NCBI GenBank assembly: GCA_022826185.1
Contig: JAJDVH010000056.1
Span: forward strand, 1 to 59,446
Source of the DNA: Alphaproteobacteria bacterium
GTDB lineage: Bacteria > Pseudomonadota > Alphaproteobacteria > Bin95
Direction: 5' to 3'
DNA: 59,446 bases
Shown: positions 29,122 through 39,144 of the stretch, piece after piece
Layout of the letters: every line of letters begins with the position of its first letter
How positions within the stretch are numbered: the stretch's first letter is position 1
Made by a program: the position numbers and the translations under genes
Notes under the pieces: generated by a model
Databases searched by the model: none
What the model saw: the letters and a program-made list of their open reading frames with translations, nothing else
Told to the model about the DNA's origin: nothing

Positions 29122-29946
29122 CTATCCCCGGCTCACCGTCACATGCGCGTCCTTGCGGCGGTCCAGGCCGGGCAGAAGGTCGGTGCCGAGGCCCGGGCCT
29201 TCGGGGGGCAGGATCCAGCCGTTCTCGACCGCCGGGACATGCGTGACCAACTCCCGGTACCAGCCGTCGTAGAAGGCGCGCACCGATTCCTGCACGAGCG
29301 CGTTCGGCACGCTGAGGGAGAGATGCACGCAGGCCATGAACGCGACCGGCCCCGAGCAGTCGTGCGGGGCCACGGGCCGGTGGTAGCTGTCCGCCAGCGC
29401 GGCGATCTTGCGGGCCTCGGTCAGTCCGCCGCACCAGGACACGTCCGGCATCACGATGCCGCAGGCCCCGGATTCCAGCAGGTCACGAAACTCCCACTTG
29501 CCGCCCAGGGTCTCGCTCAGGCAGACGGGCACGCGGGTCCTGGCGGCATAGTCGGCCAGCGCCGCGATGCTGTCCGCACGGATCGGGTCCTCGTACCAGA
29601 AGGGGTCGAAGGGTTCGAGAGCCGCCGCGATCTTCACCGCCGCCGGATGGCGCCAGAGCGTGTGCAGCTCCACCATGATGTCCATGCCATCGCCGACTGC
29701 GCTCCTGATCTTGCGGAACGGCTCCAGCGCCCGGTCGAGGTCGCGGTTGGAGATGTAGTAGCCGTCGGACTCCACCGCCGCATGGTCGAACGGCCAGATC
29801 TTCATGCCCGTAATGCCCTGCTCCAACAGGCTCAGCGCAAGCTCGTCGGCGCGGTGGAGGAAGGCGTCGAGGTCCTCGTACGGGCCCTCGGACGCGCCCT
29901 CCAGCCCCCAGTCGTCGGTCGGAACCCATGCCGCCGCCTCCGTCAT
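29122..29946 (-). CDS. Enolase-superfamily (mandelate racemase/muconate lactonizing enzyme) protein lacking the N-terminal capping domain; possibly a truncated pseudogene
   Basis: The barrel-domain sequence is present (GMKIWPFD...MVELH...FWYEDP...CLSETL...MPDVSWCGGLTEA). The ORF from the first plausible ATG is only 274 aa, whereas family members are typically about 370-400 aa. The upstream in-frame sequence is repeat-derived. Confidence 0.65.
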   Translation of the reverse strand: MTEAAAWVPTDDWGLEGASEGPYEDLDAFLHRADELALSLLEQGITGMKIWPFDHAAVESDGYYISNRDLDRALEPFRKIRSAVGDGMDIMVELHTLWRHPAAVKIAAALEPFDPFWYEDPIRADSIAALADYAARTRVPVCLSETLGGKWEFRDLLESGACGIVMPDVSWCGGLTEARKIAALADSYHRPVAPHDCSGPVAFMACVHLSLSVPNALVQESVRAFYDGWYRELVTHVPAVENGWILPPEGPGLGTDLLPGLDRRKDAHVTVSRG

Positions 29947-29964
29947 GCCTGAACGCCCCCCTCC

Positions 29965-30050
29965 GTCATGCCCGGACTTGTTCCGGGCATCCATGCGGCC
30001 GTTCGGGGGAAGCAACGAAAGTGGATGCCCGGAACAAGTCCGGGCATGAC
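29965..30050. repeat. Perfect 27-bp inverted-repeat pair of the GCCCGGA-N5-TCCGGGC intergenic repeat family (REP/MITE-like)
   Basis: catgcccggacttgttccgggcatcca (29967-29993) is the exact reverse complement of tggatgcccggaacaagtccgggcatg (30022-30048). Each arm also contains an internal 7-bp hairpin. The same sequence produces spurious PGLVPGIH / SPGMT peptides in the ORF track, a hallmark of a repeat family widespread in alphaproteobacterial genomes. Confidence 0.75.
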
Positions 30051-30148
30051 GATGAGGGGCATGACGAGAAGAGAGGCGGGGCGCCGGGCGGGAGGGGAGC
30101 GCAACGGGACGCCTCCGAGATACGAGCCTCGCATGGAGCGCCCCGGTA

Positions 30149-32119
30149 TCAGAGGCCGCGCGCAATCCGGTGTCCGTCCACGACGGCCATTTCGATGTCC
30201 CTCGGCTGGAAGCAGTCGCCGGCAAGGTGGAGCGAGCCGTGATGCGCGGAAAGCTCGCGGTGGAGGCGGGTATCCGCCTTGCCGCCGGAGCCGAACACGA
30301 CGCTGTCGAAGCCCGTTATCGTCCGGGGCTCCCAGGTGACGGTGTTGTAGGCCTCGGCGCTCTCCTCTTCGATGTCCCAGAGCGCCGTGTGGGTCGTCAG
30401 TGCGACGCCGGCCTTCATCAGTTTCTCCAGCAGGTGGTGGCGTGTCGGCGAGGGCATGAAGGGGGCGACGGTCTCCAGCCCGGTCAGGAGCTCGACCCGG
30501 CGCCCGCGGGCGGCCAGCCAGTCGGCGGTCGTCGCGGCCTCGGCGCGTCCGAGCGTATCGACCAAGAGCACGCTTTCGCCGGGCGCGGCACGGCCCGACA
30601 GCACGTCGCGGGCGGAGAAGACGTTGGGCCGGTCCGTTCCCCCGATTTCCGGCAGCCAGGCCGTGGAGCCGGTCGCAAGCACGATCTCGTCCGGGCGGGC
30701 CTCCAGCACGGTGTCCGCCGTGGCCTCGCTCCCCAGCCGGATTTCGACGCCCAGCTTCGGCAATTGGCGCTCGAACCAGAGGATGATCTCCTCGAAGCTG
30801 CCCCGGTCCGGCGTCTTCACGATGAGCGCGATCTGGCCGCCCATCCTCCGGTTCCGGTCGATGAGCAGGACATGGTGGCCCCTGAGGGCGGCAATGCGGG
30901 CGGCCTCCATGCCGGCCGGTCCCGCGCCGACGACGACCACCTTCTTCCGCGTTTCGGCGGGCGGCAGGTCGGCCCAGTCCTTCTCCCGGCCGGTGACCGG
31001 GTTGTAGATGCAGCCCACGCCGAGCCCGATATCGACATGCCCGACGCAGGCCTGGGTGCAGGCGATGCAGGGGCGGATGTCGTCCACCCGCCCCTCGCGC
31101 GCCTTGTTCGGGAAGTGGGGGTCGGCGATCAGGGTCTTCGCCATGCCGACGATGTCGGCCTTGCCGTCGGCCAGCGCGCGCTCGGCGACCGCCGGCGAGT
31201 CCATGCGCCCCGTGCCGACCACCGGCCGGGTGACGACGGCCTTCACGGCCTCCGACAGATAGGTGAACGCGCCGGGCCCGTAATAGTAGCTCGGCCAGTG
31301 CATCCGGCCCTGCTTCGGGCTCGGCACGATGCCGTGCCAGATGTTGAAGTAATCGACCAGGCCCGCCCGGTCGAGCAGCCGGGAAAGCTCCACCAGGTCC
31401 GCCAGCTTCAGGCTGTAGTCCATGACGTCGTCATAGAGGCGGATGCCGAGGATCCGCGCGGCCCCGAGCTCGGAGCGGACCGCCTCCAGCGTCTCACGGA
31501 GGAAGGTCATGCGTTCGGCAATCGTGCAGCCGCCATATTTGTCCGTCCGGCGGTTGCCGTGCGGGTGGAGGAAATTGGCGAACAGATAGTCCATGCCGAC
31601 AGCCAGTTCGACGCCGTCGAAACCGGCGAGGCGCATGCGCCGCGCGGCATTGGCGAAACTCCCGACCAGCGCCTCCGCTTCGGCGGTGGTGAGTTCGTGC
31701 GGCATGTAGACCGGCACCGAAAAGTCGGGCGGCGGCACGGCCGAGGGCGCCACGACCGGCCGGCCGATGAAGGCGGAATCGTCGGCCACGCGCCGCCCGC
31801 GATGCTCCAGCTGCGCCAGGACCGGCACATCGAATTCATGCACGGCATCCGCGATGCGCCGGTAGATCGGCAGGATGCCGTCGTGGAAATTCGTCAGCGA
31901 GAGCGACGTCTCGCCGTCATAGACGGGCACGGTGTGTGCGGTGACGATGATGCCGGCGCCGCCCTTCGCCCGTTCTCTCAGATAGTGGACATAGGCTTCC
32001 GACGGCGTGCCGTCCCCCGACTGGTGGTGGGCGGCGTGGCCGGTGTTCATGATCCGGTTCCGGAGCGTGCAGGGCCCGACCGAGACCGGGCTGAACAGGT
32101 GGGGAAAACTGTCGGTCAT
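30149..32119 (-). CDS. NADH:flavin oxidoreductase (OYE domain) fused to an FAD/NAD(P)-binding domain (2,4-dienoyl-CoA reductase-like)
   Basis: 656 aa with an N-terminal OYE TIM barrel, the Fe-S cysteine cluster CIACTQACVGH and a C-terminal GAGPAG Rossmann motif. Confidence 0.85.
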   Translation of the reverse strand: MTDSFPHLFSPVSVGPCTLRNRIMNTGHAAHHQSGDGTPSEAYVHYLRERAKGGAGIIVTAHTVPVYDGETSLSLTNFHDGILPIYRRIADAVHEFDVPVLAQLEHRGRRVADDSAFIGRPVVAPSAVPPPDFSVPVYMPHELTTAEAEALVGSFANAARRMRLAGFDGVELAVGMDYLFANFLHPHGNRRTDKYGGCTIAERMTFLRETLEAVRSELGAARILGIRLYDDVMDYSLKLADLVELSRLLDRAGLVDYFNIWHGIVPSPKQGRMHWPSYYYGPGAFTYLSEAVKAVVTRPVVGTGRMDSPAVAERALADGKADIVGMAKTLIADPHFPNKAREGRVDDIRPCIACTQACVGHVDIGLGVGCIYNPVTGREKDWADLPPAETRKKVVVVGAGPAGMEAARIAALRGHHVLLIDRNRRMGGQIALIVKTPDRGSFEEIILWFERQLPKLGVEIRLGSEATADTVLEARPDEIVLATGSTAWLPEIGGTDRPNVFSARDVLSGRAAPGESVLLVDTLGRAEAATTADWLAARGRRVELLTGLETVAPFMPSPTRHHLLEKLMKAGVALTTHTALWDIEEESAEAYNTVTWEPRTITGFDSVVFGSGGKADTRLHRELSAHHGSLHLAGDCFQPRDIEMAVVDGHRIARGL

Positions 32120-32136
32120 TCCGCCGCCCGCGGCGC

Positions 32137-32922
32137 TCAGGAGCGCGGCCGGCCCGGGATGTGGTTGAAGATCGACTCCGCGAGGCCGCCGTCGGTCAGG
32201 ATCACCTGCCCGGTGACATAGCGGGAATCGGGGCCGAGCAGGAAGGCGATGATGTCGGCGATGTCGTCCGGGCCGGCGACCCGGCCCATCGGCACCAGCT
32301 CTTCGCGTGCCGCCTTGATCTCGGGGTCCTCATACATCGCCTCGGTCATCATGGTGCGCACGAGGCCGGGCGAGACGCAGTTGACGCGGATGCCGTCCGC
32401 CGCCCATTCCTGCGCCATCTGCTTGGCGAGGATGATGACGCCCGCCTTGCTCGCCGAATAGGCGCCCATGCCGCTGTGGGGGTTCATGCCGGACATGGAG
32501 GCCGTCACTGCGATGGCGCCCCCGCTTTCCTTCAGGTGCGGGTGCGCCGCCTTGCCGAGCAGCCAGGTCGCGCGGGTGTTGACGTTCATGGTGAGGTCCC
32601 ACTCGTCGAGCCCGAGCCGGGTCAGCGGGGCCGGCGCGGCAATGCCGGCATTGGAAACGAGCGCGTCGATGCCGCCCATCGCCTCGGCCGCCTCCGCGAC
32701 GATCCGCGCAGGCTCGTCCGGGTCGCCGAGATCGCCCATGAAGGGCGTGGCCTCGACGCCCTCTTCGCGAAGCTCGGCGAGCAGGGCGTCGAGCTCGTCC
32801 TCATGCGCCCGGTCCACGGCCGCGATATGCGCCGGCCGATTGCTCCGCCGGGCGTCCCGGGCGAGCCTCAGGCAGACCGCCCGTCCGATTCCGCGCGCCG
32901 CGCCCGTCACGATGGTCTTCAT
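32137..32922 (-). CDS. SDR family oxidoreductase
   Basis: TGAARGIG cofactor motif, NAG, and a YxxxK catalytic motif (YSASKAG). Confidence 0.88.
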   Translation of the reverse strand: MKTIVTGAARGIGRAVCLRLARDARRSNRPAHIAAVDRAHEDELDALLAELREEGVEATPFMGDLGDPDEPARIVAEAAEAMGGIDALVSNAGIAAPAPLTRLGLDEWDLTMNVNTRATWLLGKAAHPHLKESGGAIAVTASMSGMNPHSGMGAYSASKAGVIILAKQMAQEWAADGIRVNCVSPGLVRTMMTEAMYEDPEIKAAREELVPMGRVAGPDDIADIIAFLLGPDSRYVTGQVILTDGGLAESIFNHIPGRPRS

Positions 32923-33008
32923 CTGTCCCCGTGCCTCCCTTTTGCGGCCATGCTACATGAGCAGGCCGGCCGCGCCAGCCCGGCGGCCCGCCAACGAGGG
33001 AAGACGAC

Positions 33009-33953
33009 ATGGCCGACCCCATCCATCACAGGGTCCTGATCCTCGGCTCCGGCCCGGCCGGCTACACGGCCGCGATCTACGCCGCGCGCGCCGCGCTCAG
33101 GCCCGGCCTGGTGCAGGGCATGGCGCCGGGCGGGCAGCTCACCATCACCACCGATGTGGAGAACTATCCGGGCTTCGCCGACGTGATCCAGGGCCCGTGG
33201 CTGATGGAGCAGATGGAGGCCCAGGCCCGGCATGTCGGCACGGAGGCCTATTTCGACATGATCGTCGAATGCGACTTCGAGGCCCGGCCGATGGTCTGCA
33301 GGGGCGACAGCGGCGCGGTCTATACGGCCGATGCGGTCGTGATCTCGACGGGCGCGGAGGCCAAGTGGCTGGGCCTGCCGAGCGAGGAGCGCTTCCGGGG
33401 CTTCGGCGTCTCGGCCTGCGCCACCTGCGACGGCTTCTTCTTCCGCGACCGCGAGGTGCTGGTGGTGGGCGGCGGCAACACGGCGGTCGAAGAAGCACTC
33501 TACCTCACCAACCATGCCAGCAGGGTCTCGGTGGTCCACCGGCGCGACAGCCTGAGGGCCGAGAAGATTCTCCAGGAGCGGCTCTTCCGCAACGAGAAGG
33601 TCGAGATGGTCTGGGACACGGTGCTGGACGAGGTGCTGGGCGGCGGCGCGCCGCCGGGCGTGACCGGCGCGAAGCTGCGCCATGTGAAGACCGGCGCCGT
33701 GACCGAGCGCGCGCTGGACGGCGTGTTCATCGCCATCGGCCACCGGCCCAACACGGACATCTTCCGGGGGCTGCTGGAGATGGACGAGGAGGGCTATCTC
33801 ATCACCCGCCCGGACAGCACCGTCACCTCCGTGCCGGGCGTGTTCGCGGCCGGCGACGTCAAGGACAAGGTCTTCCGCCAGGCCGTCACCGCCGCCGGCC
33901 TCGGCTGCATGGCGGCGCTGGAGGCCGAAAAATATCTGGCGGCGCAGGAGTAG
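33009..33953 (+). CDS. trxB: Thioredoxin-disulfide reductase
   Basis: GSGPAGYTAAIYAARA FAD motif, redox-active CATCDG, and the GGGNTAVEEALYL NADPH motif. Confidence 0.95.
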   Translation: MADPIHHRVLILGSGPAGYTAAIYAARAALRPGLVQGMAPGGQLTITTDVENYPGFADVIQGPWLMEQMEAQARHVGTEAYFDMIVECDFEARPMVCRGDSGAVYTADAVVISTGAEAKWLGLPSEERFRGFGVSACATCDGFFFRDREVLVVGGGNTAVEEALYLTNHASRVSVVHRRDSLRAEKILQERLFRNEKVEMVWDTVLDEVLGGGAPPGVTGAKLRHVKTGAVTERALDGVFIAIGHRPNTDIFRGLLEMDEEGYLITRPDSTVTSVPGVFAAGDVKDKVFRQAVTAAGLGCMAALEAEKYLAAQE

Positions 33954-33957
33954 CGGG

Positions 33958-35214
33958 ATGGCAGCAAGCAGACTGGAAGTGAACGGCACGGAATACCGCC
34001 GGCCCGCGCGGCCGCTGGTCGTGGTGTGCATCGACGGCGGGGACCCGGCCTATATCGAGCACGGGCTGGGCGCGGGCATCCTGCCCAATATCGCCCGCTA
34101 CATGCGCGAGGGCTTCCACACGGTGGCGGAAGGCACCATGCCGAGCTTCACCTGCCCCAACAACATGTCGATCGTCACCGGCCGTCCGGCCTCGGTGCAT
34201 GGCATCTCCGGCAATTTCTACCTCGACCGCGCGACGAACGAGCCGGTGGTGATGACCGGCCCCGAATTGCTCCAGGTCAACTCGGTGATGAGCGCGTTCT
34301 CGCGCGCCGGCCTGCGGGTCGCCTCCGTCACCGCCAAGGACAAGCTCCGCCGGCAACTCCAGAAGGGCATGGACCTTTCGAACGGCTCGGTCAGCTTCTC
34401 CTCGCAGCATGCCGACCGTTGCACCATGGAGGAGAACGGCATCGAGGACGCGCTCGGCTATGTCGGCCGGCCGCTGCCGGACATGTATTCGGCGGACCTT
34501 TCCCTCTTCGTGCTCGACGCCGGGCTGAAGCTGCTGGAGGAGCGCCGCCCGGACATGCTCTACCTCTCGCTCACCGACTATATCCAGCACGCCTATGCGC
34601 CGGGCCACCCGGAGGCCGACCGCTTCTATGCGGAGATGGATGCGCGCTTCGGGCGGTTCGAGGAGCTGGGCGCAACCGTGGCGCTCACCGCCGACCACGG
34701 CATGAACGACAAGAGCAACGAGGACGGCACGCCCTGCGTGGTGTGGCTGCAGGACATTCTGGACAGGGAGTTCGGCCGGGGGGCGTGCACGGTCATCTGC
34801 CCCATCACGGACGCCTTCGTCGGCCATCACGGCTCGCTCGGCGGCTTCGTGCGCGTCTATTGCAATGACGGGACGCGGCCCGAGCGGGTCTTAGAAGCCA
34901 TCCAGGACGTGCCGGGCCTGGAGCGGGTGCTGTCCCGCGAGGCGGTTTCAAGGGAGTTCGACCTGCCGTTCGACACCGAAGGAGACCTGGCGGTGCTGGG
35001 CGACGAGCGCACCGTTATCGGCTCCCGCGAGGCGGACCACGATCTGAGCGGGCTCAAGGGCCACCGGCTGCGCACCCACGGCAGCACCCACGAGGCCCAG
35101 GTGCCGATCCTCCTCAGCCGCCCGGTGAGCGACGCCTATGCGCGCCGCGCCGGGGAAGCGCAGCTGCACAGCTACGAGGCCTTCGACTACGCCCTCAACG
35201 GCATCGTCGATTGA
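33958..35214 (+). CDS. phnA: Phosphonoacetate hydrolase (alkaline-phosphatase superfamily)
   Basis: Collinear similarity over the whole length to the Pseudomonas fluorescens 23F enzyme as I recall it (VVCIDG...[22 protein letters not shown]...TAKDKLR...YSADLS.FV...YLSLTDY.QH..APG.PEA..FY...TADHGMN). Confidence 0.8.
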   Translation: MAASRLEVNGTEYRRPARPLVVVCIDGGDPAYIEHGLGAGILPNIARYMREGFHTVAEGTMPSFTCPNNMSIVTGRPASVHGISGNFYLDRATNEPVVMTGPELLQVNSVMSAFSRAGLRVASVTAKDKLRRQLQKGMDLSNGSVSFSSQHADRCTMEENGIEDALGYVGRPLPDMYSADLSLFVLDAGLKLLEERRPDMLYLSLTDYIQHAYAPGHPEADRFYAEMDARFGRFEELGATVALTADHGMNDKSNEDGTPCVVWLQDILDREFGRGACTVICPITDAFVGHHGSLGGFVRVYCNDGTRPERVLEAIQDVPGLERVLSREAVSREFDLPFDTEGDLAVLGDERTVIGSREADHDLSGLKGHRLRTHGSTHEAQVPILLSRPVSDAYARRAGEAQLHSYEAFDYALNGIVD

Positions 35215-35224
35215 GTTTGAGACC

Positions 35225-36724
35225 CTACGGGGCCGCGCCTTCCGCCTCGGCCGCCCGCGAGGCGAGGGCGGCGCGGTCCACCTTGTTGGTGCTGGCGAGC
35301 GGCAGTTCGTCGAGGAAATGCACCCGGCGGGGGTGCATGTAGGCGGGCGCCGAAGCCAGCGCATGGGCCTTGACTGCGTCCGCGTCGAGCCGCGCGCCGG
35401 GCCGGGCCGCGACGAAAGCGACCGGCATGTTGCCGCGCACCGGGTCCGGCACCGGCACCAGACAGGCATGCGCGATGTCGGGATGCGCCTCCAGCACCGT
35501 CTCGACCTCCGACGGCCAGACATTCTCGCCATTGACGGTGAACATGTCGTCCACGCGCCCGACGAAATAGTAGAAGCCCTGCCCGTCGCGGCGCATGACG
35601 TCGCCGGTGCGGTAGAGGCCGTCCGCAGTCACGGCCTGGGCGGTCTTTTCCGGCAGGTTGAGATAGCCCGGCATGTTGGCGGGGCAGCGCATCTGGAGTT
35701 CGCCCTCGTCGGCGTCGAGATCGCCGCCGGCCGCGAGGCGCAGCTCCACGCCCTCGAGCGGCGTGCCGAGCGCGAGGTCGGGCGTGGGCAGGCCGTCCGG
35801 ATGCGGGCCGAACACGCAGGGGCCGGCCTCCGTGGTGCCGTAGGCATAGGCGATGCGCGCATTGGGGAAGACGCGCCGCGTCTCCGCGAACAGCCCGGCC
35901 GTGGCGGGCGCCGAGCCCATCGTCACCACCTCCACCCCGGAGAAGTCGAGCCGGGCGATCAGCTCGCGCTCCTGCAGCGCCAGCGCGATCATGGTCGGCA
36001 CGGAGGTGAGCCGGGTGCAGCCGAAGCGCGGGATCGCCTCCAGGTAGCGCTGTGCGGTGAACTGCGCCAGCAGCACCATGCTGGCATGGCCGGACAGCAG
36101 GAACTTCGTGCTGGCGAGCGCGTTCATGTGGTAGAGCGGCGCGGCCACGAGAAAGCGGTCGCGGTCGGTCTCCAGGGTCTGGCCGAGCCGCATCTCGACC
36201 ACCCAGAGATGGCCGGCATGGGTGAGCGGCACGCCCTTGGGCAGGCCGGTGGAGCCGGAGGTGTAGAGGATCTGCGCCACCTCGTCCGGCCCCGGAACGA
36301 CGGTCTCGAAGTCCCCGGGATCGAGGAACGCCTCGAAATCCGGGCCGAATTCGACCGCGGGCAGGCCGTCCGGCGCCCGGTGCCGCCGCGCCTCGTCCAC
36401 GAACACGAGCTTCGCCTCGCTGTCGGTCAGCACATGGGCCACGGTCTCGTCGGGGAAGCGCCAGTTGACGGGCACGACGATGAGGCCCGCGCGCATGGCG
36501 CCGAAATAGACCGCGAGCCAGTCGGCGCTGTTGGCGGCGAAGATCGCAATCCGCTCGCCGCGCCGGAGCCCGCGGCCGACAAGCGCGCGGGCGGCGGCGC
36601 GGGCGCGCTCGTCCAGCCAGCGGTGCGAGCGTTCGGGCGCGCGTTCCCAGTCGGCCGCGTCGATGATCGCGGTGAGCTCCGGGTCCTTGTTCCGGTCCAC
36701 CAGGTCGCCGAGATTGGTGCGCAT
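35225..36724 (-). CDS. AMP-binding acyl-CoA synthetase / ligase
   Basis: AMP-binding motif [19 protein letters not shown], and a C-terminal [10 protein letters not shown] lysine motif. The start is the ATG at 36724 (MRTNLGDL). Confidence 0.88.
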   Translation of the reverse strand: MRTNLGDLVDRNKDPELTAIIDAADWERAPERSHRWLDERARAAARALVGRGLRRGERIAIFAANSADWLAVYFGAMRAGLIVVPVNWRFPDETVAHVLTDSEAKLVFVDEARRHRAPDGLPAVEFGPDFEAFLDPGDFETVVPGPDEVAQILYTSGSTGLPKGVPLTHAGHLWVVEMRLGQTLETDRDRFLVAAPLYHMNALASTKFLLSGHASMVLLAQFTAQRYLEAIPRFGCTRLTSVPTMIALALQERELIARLDFSGVEVVTMGSAPATAGLFAETRRVFPNARIAYAYGTTEAGPCVFGPHPDGLPTPDLALGTPLEGVELRLAAGGDLDADEGELQMRCPANMPGYLNLPEKTAQAVTADGLYRTGDVMRRDGQGFYYFVGRVDDMFTVNGENVWPSEVETVLEAHPDIAHACLVPVPDPVRGNMPVAFVAARPGARLDADAVKAHALASAPAYMHPRRVHFLDELPLASTNKVDRAALASRAAEAEGAAP

Positions 36725-36848
36725 GGCTGCCTGCCCCCTTGCTGCCGGCGCGGGAGAATAGCCGCTGTCACGCGGGCTGTCCCGGCCTGCGCAGCACTGC
36801 CGCACCCGCTGGCGCCTGCCGTGCCGCCTGTGCTATTCGCGTGGCCCC

Positions 36849-37274
36849 ATGACAGACACGCTGCCGCTTTCCGTCGCCGCGCTGCAGGCGAAGATCGACG
36901 CCTCGCCCTTCAATGCCGGCATGGGCATCACCGTGACCCATGCCGACGCCGAGGCCGAAGAGATCACCATGCGTATCGAGATGCGCCCGGAGTTCGAGCG
37001 CGCGCACGGCACGGGCCAGTATCACGGCGGCGTCATTTCCGCCTTCATCGACACGGTCGGCGACTATGCGCTGGTGATAAACCGGGGCGGCGGCGTGCCG
37101 ACCATCAACTACCGCACGGACTTCCTGCGCCCGGCCTCGAACACGAGCCTAACGGGCAAGGCCAAGGTGCGCCGGGCGGGGCGGACGGTCGCGGTGGTCG
37201 ATATCGACGTTTACGACGAACAGGGCAGGTTGGTCGCGGTCGGACGCGGCACCTACGGCACCCAGGTCGGATGA
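36849..37274 (+). CDS. PaaI-family hotdog-fold thioesterase
   Basis: 141 aa with the [13 protein letters not shown] motif typical of PaaI/YdiI thioesterases. It is divergent from the acyl-CoA ligase. Confidence 0.8.
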   Translation: MTDTLPLSVAALQAKIDASPFNAGMGITVTHADAEAEEITMRIEMRPEFERAHGTGQYHGGVISAFIDTVGDYALVINRGGGVPTINYRTDFLRPASNTSLTGKAKVRRAGRTVAVVDIDVYDEQGRLVAVGRGTYGTQVG

Positions 37275-37828
37275 GGAAGCCTTCGATGCTGAAACATGTC
37301 CTTTCCCTTTTCGCTTTCCTCGGAGCACTCATCGTGACGGACGCCCAGGCCCAGAACCCGAAGGTCTATTTCGACATTTCCATCGACGGCCAGCAGGCCG
37401 GCCGGATCGTGCTGGAGCTGCGCAAGGACGTGGCCCCGAAGACGGCGGAGAACTTCCGCGCGCTCGCGACCGGCGAGCCCGGCTTCGGCTATGAAGGCTC
37501 GCGCTTCCACCGCGTCATTCCCGATTTCATGATCCAGGGCGGGGATTTCACCAGCGGCGACGGGCGCGGCGGCAAGTCGATATACGGCGCGCGCTTCGAG
37601 GACGAGAACTTCACCCTCGTCCACGACCGGCCGGGCCTGCTCTCGATGGCCAATGCGGGGCCGAACACGAACGGCTCGCAATTCTTCATCACGACGGTGC
37701 CCACACCTTGGCTCGACGGCAAGCATGTGGTGTTCGGCCATGTGGCGGACGGCATGGACGTGGTCCGCAAGATCGAACAGTCCCCCAACAACGCCGCGCA
37801 GATCACGGCGTCGGGCGAGGTGGAGTAG
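37271..37828 (+). CDS. Peptidylprolyl isomerase (cyclophilin type), secreted
   Basis: Signal peptide ([17 protein letters not shown]) followed by cyclophilin motifs [15 protein letters not shown] and [17 protein letters not shown]. It is the C-terminal part of an 896-aa track ORF. The ATG at 37271 overlaps the upstream stop. Confidence 0.92.
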   Translation: MRKPSMLKHVLSLFAFLGALIVTDAQAQNPKVYFDISIDGQQAGRIVLELRKDVAPKTAENFRALATGEPGFGYEGSRFHRVIPDFMIQGGDFTSGDGRGGKSIYGARFEDENFTLVHDRPGLLSMANAGPNTNGSQFFITTVPTPWLDGKHVVFGHVADGMDVVRKIEQSPNNAAQITASGEVE

Positions 37829-38052
37829 GGACGCCCGCCCGCCGGGCGAAGAGCCCGACGGGGTATCCGGGGAACGCGATTGCAGGGCACTGGAACCCGT
37901 CGCCCCGTCGTGCAACACTCGTTGCATTAACCGGCCCGACAGGGCGGCTGTGCCTGTCGGGTGCGATAACCGCGCCGCGGACACGGGGGGAGAAATCGTT
38001 CCATGCGCCGCTGCAAAGAGGACTCCGTTTCCGGAACCGGGAGAAGAAAGTC

Positions 38053-39042
38053 ATGAAGAGAATGCTACTGGCGGCGACCATGATGGCCGTCGTCGCGGCA
38101 ATGTCGGCGGGCTCTGCGTCCGCAGCGACATTGATGAACATCGGCTACGCGACGGCGGAATCGAATGCTTACGGCACGTTCATGAACACCTTTGCCGACC
38201 GCCTGAACAAGCTCACCGGCGGCGAAGTCCGGGTCAAGGTCCACTGCTGCTTCAAGATGGGCGGCGAGCAGGACATGTTCAAGAAACTGCAGCTCGGAAC
38301 GCTCGACGGCACCCTGATCGCGCAGAACAATGCCGGCCCGTTCTATCCCAAGATCGACCTGCTGGTCATGCCCTACATGCTGCAGAACCTCGACCATGCC
38401 CTCAAGGTGGTCGATGGCGATACCGGCAAGAAGATCTGGGGCGCAATGCCCGAAGAAGCCGGCGTCCACCTGGTGAAGATCGTGCTGGTCTCGTTCCGGC
38501 ACATCTACAATTCGAAGCAGGCCATCAACTCCATCGAGGATTTCAAGCCGCTGAAATACCGGGTTCCCAAGAATGTCGTGATGGTGGACACCTACAAGGC
38601 GTTCGGCTCCGACCCCGTACCGATGGCCTGGTCGGAAACCCTGACCGCGGTGCAGACAGGAACCGTCGATGGCGGCGACCTCCCGCTCGACGTCATTTAC
38701 ACCCAGAAGTTCCACGAGGTCGCCAAGCATGTCGCGCTGACGGGCCACTTCGCGCTGACGCCGCCGTTCTTCGTCAGCAACAAGTTCATGGACAAGCTGA
38801 CCGACGAACAGAAGGACGCGCTCTACATGGCCGCCGATATCGCTGCCGAGGCGGCGCGCGCGCATCTGAGGATCGGCAATGAAGGGTTCACGCAGAAGCT
38901 CATCGAGTCCGGCGTGCAGATCACGACCCCGGACACCAAGCCCTTCATCGAGGCCGCCGCCAAGGTGCATGCGGCTTTCGCGGCCGAACGCGGCCCCGAA
39001 TATGTCGAACTGATCGAGGCGATCAACGCCGTCGCCAACTAG
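38053..39042 (+). CDS. TRAP transporter substrate-binding protein (DctP family)
   Basis: Signal peptide MKRMLLAATMMAVVAAMSAGSASA and DctP-type periplasmic domain features. DctQ and DctM follow. Confidence 0.88.
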   Translation: MKRMLLAATMMAVVAAMSAGSASAATLMNIGYATAESNAYGTFMNTFADRLNKLTGGEVRVKVHCCFKMGGEQDMFKKLQLGTLDGTLIAQNNAGPFYPKIDLLVMPYMLQNLDHALKVVDGDTGKKIWGAMPEEAGVHLVKIVLVSFRHIYNSKQAINSIEDFKPLKYRVPKNVVMVDTYKAFGSDPVPMAWSETLTAVQTGTVDGGDLPLDVIYTQKFHEVAKHVALTGHFALTPPFFVSNKFMDKLTDEQKDALYMAADIAAEAARAHLRIGNEGFTQKLIESGVQITTPDTKPFIEAAAKVHAAFAAERGPEYVELIEAINAVAN

Positions 39043-39144
39043 GCGGGTCCTTCGGCAGAGAGCGGCCGCGGCGGGGCAAGAGGGCCATCGACCCCCGCCG
39101 CGGGCCTCGGTTTCGGTCCGGATTCTCGTTTTACGGCAGGCAGC

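Noticed and set aside
29943-30070. GTCATG/CATGAC words around the inverted-repeat element, considered as a fourth array of the phased repeat motif.
   Set aside because: The spacings (about 23 and 15 bp) are not helically phased. The words are part of the GTCATGCCCGG repeat-family consensus, not the TGTCATG arrays.
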